Of a stretch of 64,000 bases of DNA, positions 1-11,700 are shown in pieces. Every line of letters starts with the position of its first letter. Positions within the stretch are counted from its first letter, which is position 1. The stretch comes from Amoebophrya sp. A120. Taxonomy: Eukaryota; Protista; Dinoflagellata. The notes beneath the pieces are model-generated. The model was not told where the DNA came from, did not search any database, and saw nothing but the letters and a program-made list of their open reading frames with translations. A program made the position numbers and the translations under genes. The stretch spans positions 3,725,838 to 3,789,837 of the forward strand of contig CAJINV010000002.1 of the NCBI GenBank assembly GCA_905178155.1, written 5' to 3'.

Positions 1-324
1 ATCATGGAACAGCAGAAGAGTCGAACGTTTGAAAATAACATTCCCATACTGCCGGGACGTCTGGTGCAGCTTCCGGCGGAATTCCCCGAGTTTGCGGGCG
101 TACACAAACACGCGCTTGAACCTGATTTTTTCGATTGAATTGTAAGTGGTTCCCGCATTTCGATTTAGGACCTGCGACGCCGGAAAAAGTAGTCAACAGA
201 TCATCATTATAATCATCATCGTCTTGCTACTAAGGCGTAAACCTAAAAAGCCACACTTCATTCAAAGTGGATAACCTAAACCCTGATTGAAGCCTAAACT
301 TAAACCGCACTTCATTAAAAGAAC

Positions 325-2720
325 TCATGTTACATACCAGGGTGCCCTCCTGACCTCGGAGCGAAAGTGGTGTGCGGCTGCCCTGCGCGTGTTGACGAAC
401 CACTGGCGGTCCGATTGCCACTGCTTCTTGGCGCCCTCGAAGTCGGTGCGGCACTTGGCCAGCTCCTTCTGCTTAAACCCGTATGCATTGCAAATATGGT
501 TGGGCGGAGAAACTTGTGATGCTGGTGGAGAACGACGAGACGCCTGCATTGACTAGCAAGCATGGCAAGTTTTGGAGGAACTGCAATGTTGTCTATGTAT
601 TTTGCATGATAAAGCGAACTTCGGCATGAAAGGAAAATGAAGCTTTGGCTTTCGGGTAACGCGCATGACAGACATGAGCATTCTGCCAGCCAAGCATGAC
701 AAACCACCCATCTTTCCTGACCCAGACATATTTTCATTTGATAACCCGTTCAGCTCGGCGATCTTGGCCTTGTGGTTCTCCTCCAGAGCCGGTGGTGAAA
801 GTGAAAACCACTACTTAGGTTTGTCGCCTCATCTACAAGCAAACAGCACATAAAGTGCTGAGGGATCATTGTTGTATGCTGTCAGGGAAGACAGCCTGTA
901 TCAACGAGTCCTAAAAAAAAAGAAGGACGCCTCACCTTCAAGAATAACATGTCTACAAGAACATAGGCTCGCTGGAAATGGCGTCGTCAAAAACAAAATC
1001 AGCTTACACGATGCATAACAAGCCCATTTTGAAGCATACAGTAGATTTTTTTCACTTTCGTATTTTCATGGCGCTTTTCTTCGTTTCCTCGGCTTTCTTC
1101 TTCGCGGCCTCCGCTGCCTTGACGGCCTCTTCCGCCTTCTTGGCTTCCTCTTCCGCCTTCTTCTTCTTTTCCTTGTCCAAAGCGTCCTTGTCGGCGGCGT
1201 TTTTATTTATCAAATGCAAACATGTCTCGGTCTGGAAGGTTGCAAGGCCTGTCATGCAGGTTTTGCATAACGCGTGAGGTCTGTCATGCATGACCTAGCA
1301 TGACAGATTCTGTGCGCCCACTGTCATGCCTCGTCTGCATGAGAGCCTGCCACTCAGCTTTGTCAAAAGCCGACAGCTTTTGGTAATTATGCAACACAGA
1401 TTTAGATTTACGCATACGCACTATCCAGAATTAGCATGACAAGTTCCAGCGTTCCAGACCCAGAAATATTTGCAATGCATATTACTAGCTTCCGCCTGGT
1501 ACTTGGCCTGCACGGAGAGGGAGTCCTCATTTGCGGCTTCCGCGTTCGCCTCCTCGGTCTCCTGGGTCTCGGCGTTCTCCGGGTTCTCATCCGTCTTTTT
1601 GTTCAGATATGGAAGACGAAACACAAGAATTCTTTTACCTCTGGAGGAACGTAGGAAACGACAACTTTCTTTTAGGTATGTTAGGGTTTTGACAACAGCA
1701 GTTGCAGAAGACGCCAAAGCTTAAATGTGAAAATAAATGTTACAAAAAATTATGAACTGTGAATCAACCTATGCACACTGCTCAGACAAATCTACTTTCT
1801 TTTGGAAGTAACAATGTTGCATCACAGCGGTAAAATCCCGACTTTTTGCGATTTCGTACCGGATTTTCCGGATGCGGCCACCAGTCCTTGATATGGCGTT
1901 CTCAACTGTTTACACTCTCAACTGCTACACGCATTTGTAATGCAAGAATAGCAAAAGCCAAAGGGAGGAGGTTGCACCTCTAGCATTACAAATTCCGCAC
2001 AGATTTTAAGGCTATTTAGCACTTCAAAGATCTGTCATGTGAAACAGCGTGATCGTGTCGATTCTGATGGTGATTCTGCATGACAAATCCATGTAACAGT
2101 TGAGAATGTAACATTTGAGAACGCCATACTTGACGAAAAACGGGTTGGGGTGCTCATTCTCGGTGGGGTCCAGACGCTGTGATGGGAATGATTTATGTGT
2201 AACTTTGTCGAATCTATGAATATACAAAATTAAAATTTCCCTTCGATTTCCACACACCATGTGATGCATCTTCACAAAGCTGCTTCGAAGACCTTGTAAC
2301 CAACCTGTTTTACCACATGCACAAGCACATGCGGGCACGGAAACCCACGTTTGTCATGCTACCAACGGTGAAAGACTACCTTTAAACAAAGAAAAAAAAA
2401 ACATATTAATACGATGGTCGCCATCTGGTGTTCGGCGTTGAACTTGGCGAAGTCGAACTCCGCAGCCTTCTATCGCAAGAAAAAACTGTCTCACTGTGAA
2501 TTTGTGATGCAGAGAACGAAGCAGTAAAGTGTTTGTCTTGTTACAACTGCAACACAATGGATTTTTAAGCGGTCTTTCCCTTACGAAACGCGCATGGCAA
2601 ATTTTCTGTGTCATGTGTAGCAAACTTGTGATGCAGATCTTGCGAAACCATCACAGTGAAACAGTTTTTTCGTGGGATACCTTCTTCTTCAAGATCAACC
2701 TCTGCTTTTCTATCGGTTGG
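325..2720 (-). CDS. Hypothetical charged/coiled-coil protein, multi-exon, both ends uncertain
   Basis: Frames join after removing introners plus one TSD (e.g. AKIAELN|GFKQKELAKC; NPFFVK|DWWPHP); also GT-AG introns. Confidence 0.55.
482..743. mobile_element. Introner family A
   Basis: TAT..ATA TIR; TSD ACCCG. Confidence 0.9.
1208..1481. mobile_element. Introner family A
   Basis: TIR; TSD TTATT/TTACT. Confidence 0.88.
1892..2128. mobile_element. Introner family J
   Basis: TIR TATGGCGTTCTCAA; TSD CTTGA. Confidence 0.9.
2471..2679. mobile_element. Introner family E
   Basis: TIR TATCGCAAGAAAAAA; TSD CCTTC. Confidence 0.9.
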
Positions 2721-2827
2721 AAACACATGTCTGATGTTTTCTGGAAATAAAATCTCTGCACTGGTGAGTAGCATTAAAAGTTCTGCAGCCACTTGGCTCT
2801 GAAAAAATACCTATATTCTGCATGAGA

Positions 2828-4937
2828 AAAATTCCATCTCAACACGTGGTCAGGTAGATTGTTGGAAAACATTACGCAAGTCTCACGCAACACAGCTTTT
2901 TGTCTTATCGGAAACACGCATCACAAGTATTCGCCTTCATTTATTCTCCAGAGGACGCAGTAGACATGAGTAGTACAACCGATATTCTGCTGCTGCTCGC
3001 CATACTCGAGTCGCAAGCCGGAGACCGTCGTGGCAAGCACGGATAACCGCATCATTGACATGGCTGGCGCCATCATCCCTACCTACACGAGACGCTCCAG
3101 ATATATGGCAATATATCGGAGGAGTTCTCGCTTGTCCACTACAACTCACGCGCTCGTGCCCTAGAATTTAAATTGTTATTCTTATTTACGGGTAAATTTA
3201 TTACGAGTTGTTGTAGTAAAAATCGTGTGTGTTTGCGCAAAATAACGCTGTAGAACTTTTTTAGCAACAAAAAAAAATCTTGAAGTCGCAAGCGGCGACG
3301 ACCCATGGAAAGAACAATGTGAACCGCGTTATAGACACCAAAAGATGACGACGAAAAGTAAAAACGATTGGAACACAACAAGAGGTGATGACTCTCTGCT
3401 GGTACTGACACAGCTTCTGCTACTCCAACCGCAGTGAAACGGCTCATTCTTTTTCTTCCTTTCCTATGCTACAGTTCGTACATTTGAAAAGCTGTATTGC
3501 TGCTTACACATTGTTGTTTGTGTTTAGATTGTGCTGCGAAACTGCACAGTCTGCGCTACAGACATGCAAAAGAAACAAGCAATAGGCTCATTCTAATTCT
3601 ACTTCTTCTGCAAATTTTACAAAAGTTTTCTCTTCCTCCATTTCCTTCCTGCTTGTGCTTCCTTCAGATCGTTAAAACATCTTCGTGTGTGTGAAACTTG
3701 AAAACAGTGTGTGTGTGAAAAGAAAAACAATCTATAGAAAACAGAAAATAACTGTGTGTGAAAAGAAGAAAAAGTTAAAATAAATAATTGCATTCGATTA
3801 AGTTTAAGTAAGTGTGAAAAGAAAAGTGAAAAAAGAAGTAACTCGATTTAGATAGTAATGCGCGATTGAGTTTAAGTAAGTGTGTGTGTTTTATTGCGCG
3901 ATCTTGAAGTTGCGAATGAAAAGAAAAATTCCATCTCAACACGTCGTGGCCAGATAAATTACTGGAAAACATGTCTTGCAACTCACGTAACACAGACTCT
4001 TGTCTTATCAGAAACACGCATCACAAATTCGTCTTTATTTTCCAGGAGACGCAGACAAGTTTACAGCCCATATTCTGCTGCTGCTCCCCATACTCGAGTC
4101 GCAACCCGGAGACCGTAGTCGTGGCAAGCACAGAAAACCGCATCATCGACGTGGCTGGCGCCATGATCCCTACCTATACGAGACACTCCAGATATACGAC
4201 AATATATCGGAGGAGTTCTCGTTTAAGTCCACTACAACTCACGCGCTCGTGCCCTACAATTTAAATTGGTATTTACGGGTAAATTCATTACGAGTGGCTG
4301 CAAAAATCTTGTGTGTGTTTGCGGAAAATAATGTTGTAGAACGTTCTTAGAAACAAAGGGGATCTTTTTAAAGTCGCAAGCGGCGACGACGCAAAGAATG
4401 TGAACCTCGCTATAGACACCAAAAGATGACGACGAAAAAAGTAAAAACGTCGATTGGAACACAACAAGAGATGATGCCTCCCTGCTCGTACATTTGAAAA
4501 GCTGTATTGTTGTTTACACATCGTTTTTCGTGTTTGGATTTGCGCTGCGAAACTGCAGTCTGCGCTCTAGGCATGCAACAGAAACAAGCATTAGGCTCAT
4601 TCTAGTTCTTCTTCTGCAAATTTTACAAAACTTTTCTCTTCCTCATTTTCCTTCTGCTTGTGCTTCCTTCAGATCGCTACAACATCTTCGTGTCTTCGTG
4701 TGTGTGTGTCGTGAAACTTGAAAACAGTGTGTGTGTGAAAAGAAAAACAATCCATAAAAATCAAATAACAGTGTGTGAAAAGAAAAAAAAGTTTGAGTAA
4801 ACTGCATTCGATTAAGTTTAAGTAAGTGTGAAAAGAAAAAGACCTGAAAAAAAAGAAGCAACTCGATGCGCAATTAAGTTTTTAAGTAAGTGTGTGTGTT
4901 TTATTGTGCGATCTTGAAGTTGCGAATGAAAAGAAAA
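2828..4937. repeat. Diverged tandem duplication, two ~1.0-1.1 kb copies
   Basis: Both copies start AAAATTCCATCTCAACACGT (~2828, ~3925) and end GATCTTGAAGTTGCGAATGAAAAGAAAA. Confidence 0.9.
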
Positions 4938-5067
4938 GAGGAGTTGATGAAACAGAAAACCTAATTTTTCTTCCTGGCGCACAGCCCGTTGCTTTTGTTC
5001 TTTTGCTTCTTGTTCCGCATGGTCAGCAGAAAATTCCTGATTAGAATCCTTGGTCTCTTCTTGATCT

Positions 5068-5328
5068 TATGGAGTGCAAAAGTGTCTGGGTCTGGAAGGT
5101 TACAACTTGTCATGCTAAATCCGAATCATGCAAAAATCTGTGCTGCATGAATGCCAAAAGCTGTCGACTTTCGACCAAGTTGGGAGCCAGTTTCTCATGC
5201 AGGATAGGCATGGCAGAGACCCCACAGACTCTGTCATGCTAGGTCCCGCATTCCAGACCTCATGGGTCATCGGAAACCTGCATGACAAGCTTACACTCTT
5301 CCAGAGCCAGACATTTTTGCAATCCATA
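5068..5328. mobile_element. Introner family A (3' UTR)
   Basis: TIR; TSD GATCT/GATCG. Confidence 0.88.
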
Positions 5329-5339
5329 GATCGCCCTGC

Positions 5340-8038
5340 TCACACCGCCGGCACCTTGTAGACGGAGTTACGCCACCCGCCACCGCACTGCCGCTCGCCA
5401 TCCGCGGCTGGGGTTATGAAAGGGGAAGTTGTATTCCAGCTAGCTGCACAGTTGTCGGATCACAATCTATTTGTCATGCATTGACTACAAAACTCCTTCT
5501 TTGCTGCACTGACTGTTCCGCATGACAACATACGATCACGCGCTAGGCTGGTGAAATTTTCCCTGTACGATAAGGTCCTTCTTGCACGGGGTGCTGCAGT
5601 CGCCGTCCGGGGTCTGTGGTTTTGTTTGTCGAGCTGGTGCGCAATACAGATTCCAACGGTGCTGTGGCACGTGCATCACAAGTTCATGTCCCTCTATGCA
5701 TTCCGTCCTTTCCACATGCAAACTCCGCATCACAAATTCGACGGCCCACTTCACTCTTATACCTTCCCGTACTTCTCGTGGTCGTTTCCGTTGGAGCAGC
5801 GAGTATGGAGAGGAAGAAGGAACGTCTTTGCTATGCATACATCGCATGACAAATTTGCTCAGCATGAGAAATGAAATTTGCCATGTGGATTAACGTTATC
5901 AAATACTTTTGTAATCATGCATGACTAGACATGATCCCTTTCCCCTTCGGGTACAAGCACTGCTGGTAGGACTGGATCGCAAAAAATTCGTAGCCCGCAC
6001 AGTGTTATCCTGTGCAAAAGTATCGCACTCGTACTAATTGCAGTTATACATTACAAATCTAGTCGTTAAGGGAAATCCGCATTACAAATTTTATTTATCA
6101 TGCTCACAAAATTTGTAATGCATTTATACGAGTACGATGCTTTTGCAGTTGATAAGTGTTCGGCGCACTCCGCGACCGAGTACGCTCCCTTGGCCATTTT
6201 CCCCATGGCGCGCTGTCGCTTGTCCTGGAAGCAGCCTTATGAACTGCAAAAGTATGATCACACTCGTATAAATGCATTACAAATTTCCTCAGCATGAAAA
6301 ATGAAATTTGTAATGCTGATTTGCCTTCAGAAAAACATTTATGATGCAAAGCTTGCATTTATACGAATACGATACTTTTGCATTGGATAAACCCAAGAGG
6401 ACAAAAGGGTCGCCCGGCGGTGCGGGGGCGGATCCGGCGGTGGCGTCCGCGCCGGCGGTCACGGTGGTGGCTTTGTATGGATTGTAAAAATCCCTGGATG
6501 TCTGGAAACTTGTGATGCTGGGTGGCGTATCATGAGGAGGCCACAAGTGCTGGCTCAGCATGACAAGTTCCTGAGCTTCTATATGATGCCTATTCTGCAT
6601 GACAAACTGCGTTTTTGCATGACAGAAAAGTGAGGCTCTTGAGTAATGTGCATGACAGATTTAAGAGTCATGCCAGATCGAAGCATGACAAACTTGCACT
6701 CTTCCAGACCCAGACATTTTTACATTTGATACTTTGTTATCCCGAGCAAAAACGCCGTCATCCCATACTCAAGATTGATGACCACTCTGCAGGACAAATC
6801 CAGAACTTTTGGAACTCAACACGCATGACAAGCTCGACTGTGAAGTATAGCGCTGCCTTAGAGCCACTACAGACGCATTACAAATCTAACTCTAACCTCT
6901 TATCCTGATTCGCGCATGACAGATTTTTCCCAAACACCACTACAGAGCGGCTCTCATGGAGACGACCTGCATGAGAAACATTCTAAATCTACATGCGAAT
7001 TTGCATCACAAATCTGGGGTAATGACGACGTCGTTTTTCCGCACGATATTCCTTGGCTGACTCTTCGAAGTCCTTGGTGTTGGTGCCGCAATCACCCTTG
7101 ATGGCCTCGACGTTGGTGGAGTTGGATTCGTGGACCGCTTTGGCAGTGTAGTCCGTTAGGGATGTGACTTCCCCGAGAATGCACGGGAGCTTGCCGCCAG
7201 CACACGGATCTTTTATCTGAGAGGTTGTTTCGAGAAAATCAAAATGTACAGTCTGTTTTGCTACCGCGTAATACTATTACAATCCAAGAACAATATCGTC
7301 CACAAAACTCTGGTCATCTTATCGGAGAGGAGTCTGCTTTTACTTGAATTTTATTCTTTCAAGCCAACATACGATGGCAGGTTTGATTTTCAATGCCGTT
7401 CAACTTCGAAAATCAAGCTGCGGAATAAAACACGCTAAGTACCTTATCCGTGCAGCAACTGTCCGCCCCGCCTTCCCACGTGCACGGCGCCGCCGTGCCA
7501 ACGGCGACATCGTCGGACTTCCCCAGCTATGCATTGCAAATATGTTCGGGTCTGGAAGGTTGCACATTGTGATGCATGCTGTAGGTCACACAAAAATTTG
7601 TCTTGCGCGAGTTAGCACAAGATACACATTTTTGGCGATGTTGATGAAATTGCATTTCTCATACGGAATACGCACTGCGAAGCCGTTGTCTAGACCTCGC
7701 GGGACATCTGAAATCTGCATGACAAACTTCTGGATTCATCAACATCCAGACCCAGACATACTTGCATGTGATACCAGCTTGTTCTCGCACATCAATGGCA
7801 CGCATCCGACCTTGGTGGGGAAATCTTTGTTGGGAACGTAGTAGGGCGTTACCAACCCGTGCATCGAGTCACACTCCAGCGCCCACTCATCCTGCCGTTT
7901 TGATGTAGTGGTCTGCTGTGATATCTTTTTGCCTTTCTTCAATACCAAACCGGAGGCTGCGAGGAGGTCGCTGGAAGAGTAGTAAACGAGGGCGGCGGGA
8001 GCAAGCACCGAAGTGCGCAGCGAACGGGCGGTGGGCAT
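5340..8038 (-). CDS. Probable secreted WSC-domain protein
   Basis: Spliced product reads LGCFQD..VAECAEHCAGYEFFAIQSYQQCxCSN..YGKTPDGDCSTPC..QCGGGWRNSVY (WSC signature); hydrophobic N-terminus; 7 introners and 2 GT-AG introns (5614-5762, 7217-7442). Confidence 0.8.
5415..5572. mobile_element. Degenerate introner (family K)
   Basis: Weak TIR; removal plus 5 nt restores the WSC frame. Confidence 0.6.
5804..5953. mobile_element. Degenerate introner (family K)
   Basis: Weak TIR; removal plus 5 nt restores the CxC motif. Confidence 0.6.
6006..6154. mobile_element. Introner family B
   Basis: TIR TATCCTGTGCAAAAGTATCG; TSD AGTGT. Confidence 0.92.
6238..6389. mobile_element. Introner family B
   Basis: TIR; diverged TSD AGCCT/AACCC. 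Confidence 0.85.
6476..6731. mobile_element. Introner family A
   Basis: TIR; TSD CTTTG. Confidence 0.9.
6738..7048. mobile_element. Introner family C
   Basis: TIR; diverged TSD TTTGT/TTCCT. Confidence 0.8.
7528..7773. mobile_element. Introner family A
   Basis: TIR; TSD CCAGC. Confidence 0.9.
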
Positions 8039-8781
8039 GGTCCTATTACTCTACGTCTATGGTTCTTTAATATACAGTGTACTATTTTACAAAAAAGACC
8101 AAAATGGGCTTGTAAGTAGGGGAAGAAAACAAAGCACTACCAGAACCGAAATAAGTATGATCTTCGGGAAAATGATTATTCCGACGCCGCAAGAAGACCC
8201 TGCAGGTCAACCGTGATACGTGCGCGTCTTTAGCATGAAGATCGTGTGGAGAGAGCAGGTAGTTGTAATAGATCTTTCCATCTCAAGTGAAACCGCAAAA
8301 GAACCTGTTACGAAGTCCTTGATCGCCACCCTCGTCTGCGGGGGTGAACATCTTCTAAACACGTTTTATACCTGCAAAAATACCTTGACATCTCGTTTGA
8401 AATTTCCTTTCCTGTTTATTTCTCCGATTAGAAACACGTAGCTAGGGGCTACTCCAACTATCCTGTATTCTCAGAAACAAAGTTCTTCAGATAAACACGG
8501 CAAGAAACGCAGAGGGTTTTGTAACCCTCCAAAATGGACATTGCAAAATCATCAAGTAGTACCGTAAGAAACAGAGCTCACCTGGCAAGAAAACGGAAAG
8601 AACCACACCAGTACATAGCGATAGCTCCTACGTAATGTTTTTTTACTTGGTAGCAATAAACCGCAAACTCTATTCTCAAGAGCAAAATTAACTTCAGCAA
8701 GAAACCAAAGCTTATTCCTCCCGGCATCTCGATTCTCTATCCCAGCAAACGCAAAAACCACAGAATCGTCATCTCCCGTCT

Positions 8782-11700
8782 TCAAAACGCGTGCGCGGCC
8801 ATCGCGTCGAGTTTCGCCCGTATCCAAGAAAAAAACATTGTAGGTGTAACTTTTTTGGAGGAACAGCATTACAAATTTGTCTGGCATGACAGCAAAAGCC
8901 TGTCATGCACAGATAGTACTTGAAAACGCCCTTTAATGGACCCTGCGATGCATGCCAAGCATGACAGACGCAATCATCTTGCATGTTGCGCATCAGAAAT
9001 TTACACTAACAACGTTTTTTTCTTGGATAGCCCGCAACACTGGATTATTCTTCTCATTGATCAGCTTTTCTTTCATCGATTTTCGTTGGTGCGCCCGCCC
9101 GGCGTTGGCATCTTCCAGAAAGCTTTTCGGTAGTATATGGATTGCGCAGACGGAACAAAAATCTCGGCCGTGGAAACATGTATTAGGCATAAGTAGGTCT
9201 TTGTCTTGCATAAACGGCAGAAGCAGTGTCTACTTTTACTAGGTTGGTCTATCTTTGCATGGAAAATTTTATGCGAATTCCATAACTCTTGTGCAAGTTC
9301 GAGGAGTGTCCATGATTTGTCATGCTACACTCTCTGACCGCAGGACAGGTGATCCGCATTTTGCATCACAGATTGCATCATTTGACAGTGTAATTCCATC
9401 TGAGCAGGCCATACGGCACTTTCCAACCAACGTTGTAGCCGTAGATGGATTTCATTTCGGGAATATGCACGACAAAAGTTCTACTGTACGTAGGTTGCTC
9501 TTAGAGCACAAACCGCACGACAGGTTTGATGCTCAGATGTTGGCGATATTTGTCATGCAGGTTCAGGCACAACGAACGACATCTGTCATGCAGTATTGCA
9601 ACTTCGGTACAGTGTAGTACTTTTGCTCTACATACCTCACCTGTTTCCCCACCACCCCTTTCGCCTATGGATGTGTCAGGATCGAAATCGACAAAATCGA
9701 AAAACTTGCGATGCATAAAATGCAGGGCACTGAAGGCCTGTATTGGGGAGCAGGCAAATGAGACCGATTGCAAGACTGTTTAGGGGTACGCAATGTGCTG
9801 CCAGAGTAGCATGACAGGAGCAGTCTTCTTTGTCCAAACAGCATGACAGACTGGAGCTGGGTGCTCCCGAAATTTGTCGTGCGCCACTTGGAAACTGAGG
9901 CCCCAACTGGTATCGACTCCATGCATCACAAAATTTTCGACTTTGTCAATTTCGATTCTGACACTCCCATATCGCCTGCCCCTTCGTGATTTTTGACGCG
10001 TCCCCCGTGAGCCACTTCTGGTATTGCATTCCCTTATCAAAAGGAAAGCCCCCCCCTCCCCATATCGAAAACGAAATTTGTGTTGCTTTATTTGAGTACA
10101 CAAATCGACTTGTATTGCTAGAAGGCCAAGGGACGCAGTTGTGCCCTCATTTGGAGTCAATTTGTCATCCTGTTTCCCGTTTCCAGGTGCTTCCTGTCAT
10201 TCTGAAGACGCAAGGTGTTCCTGCGCCAGCCAGCACTACAGTCCGCATCTTTTCCCTTCTAGCATCACGAAGCTGATTTGTGGCCACAAATCTGCATCAC
10301 AGATTTCCACTTTGATATGGGGAGGGGGCATTTTTCATTGTAATATCCCTCCGCCTTTCTCTTTTCGATCATCTTGGCCAGCGTCGTCACTTTTCCGTCA
10401 ACCTTCCGCACCTCTGGCGTAGCTGGGTGAAAGTTTTTCAGCGACGCGATCGGTTTGCCAAAATGCATGGCTTTCTCCATCGGCGTTTTGAGAATGTTCT
10501 TCTGCGCCACCGGCATCGCCAGGCACAGAGGGCTTTGGTGCACTCCGGTTTGGTTCAGCTGCACGCCGAATTTACTCGTTTTCGAAGACACGTGCCCTAT
10601 CCTGTGGAAAAACGTCCCCACCCTAGAGTCAATGATTGGGATCTTCTCTGCAACACAAAGCCCGACGGTTTGGGAATCACGCATGCGAAGTTCCTCGCTG
10701 TATCGATTGGAGTGAGGGTTAGCAAGCGCAAGGACAGCCGCATCACAAGGCCATGTCCTTATGCTGTTTCTAGCATTACAAATGCAAAAACGCGTTTGAG
10801 AATGCCTCTCATGCGGATGCGCATGACAAGTTTGCCTGTTATTGCACATCCGCATGACAATTCCGGGGTGGGACGTGTTTCCAAAGGGTATCTCCCTCAC
10901 TGGTCTCACTGCTGAACCCGAACATCCCCTTGAAAGAATCAAATGCAAAAGCATCGCACGCGTACTAATCGCAGATATGCATGACAAACCTGATTCCCAG
11001 GGTAAATCAGCATGACAAATTACATTTTTCATGCTGCGGAAATTTGTCATGCGATTTATACGTCGTACGACCATACTTTTGCAATGCTTAGAAAGAATCC
11101 AAAAACGATTTCAAAATGGATTTCGCTTCTTCCGCCTGTTTCCCGACATTCTCCGGATTGTAGTCGTCCTGCCCCAGGCCTTGTCCCACGAAAAAAGTGT
11201 TACAGTTACACATTTGTAGTCAATTCAGCAACACAAATTCCTCTGCATGAGAGAGAAAACTTGTAATGCAGAAATCCTAGGGGAAAACACCTATGAAGCG
11301 AGGCTCCTATGCATATCCGGCATGACAGAGCTTGTCTGTCTTGCTTGGCCTGCAGAGACTATGTGTAACTGTAACACTTTTTTCTTGCGATAGGCCTGCC
11401 TTCTGAAACCCCGGGTCCTTACTGTTTGTCGCCTCAATGCGAAAATTCGCCGCCCGGTGCACGTTATGAATTGCAAAAGTAACGGACTAGTTCTAGTAAA
11501 AATTGCAACACAAACTGGCTCAGCATTACAAATTGAATTTGTAATGCGGATTTGCCTTGGGAACTAGATTTGTAAATGCATAAATGCAATTAGTACGAGT
11601 ACGATACTTTTGCACAGGATACACGTCCCGAACCGAGGACCAGGTGGGATTCAATGTGGTGTGCTGCAGGTAATTCGCGTCAAAACAGCCGTGCAACACG

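Noticed and set aside
5068-5342. Stop-codon reassignment or readthrough, prompted by introners lying after TGA
   Set aside because: PMM, VIT and WSC read in the standard code and stop where expected; 3' UTR insertions explain the pattern.
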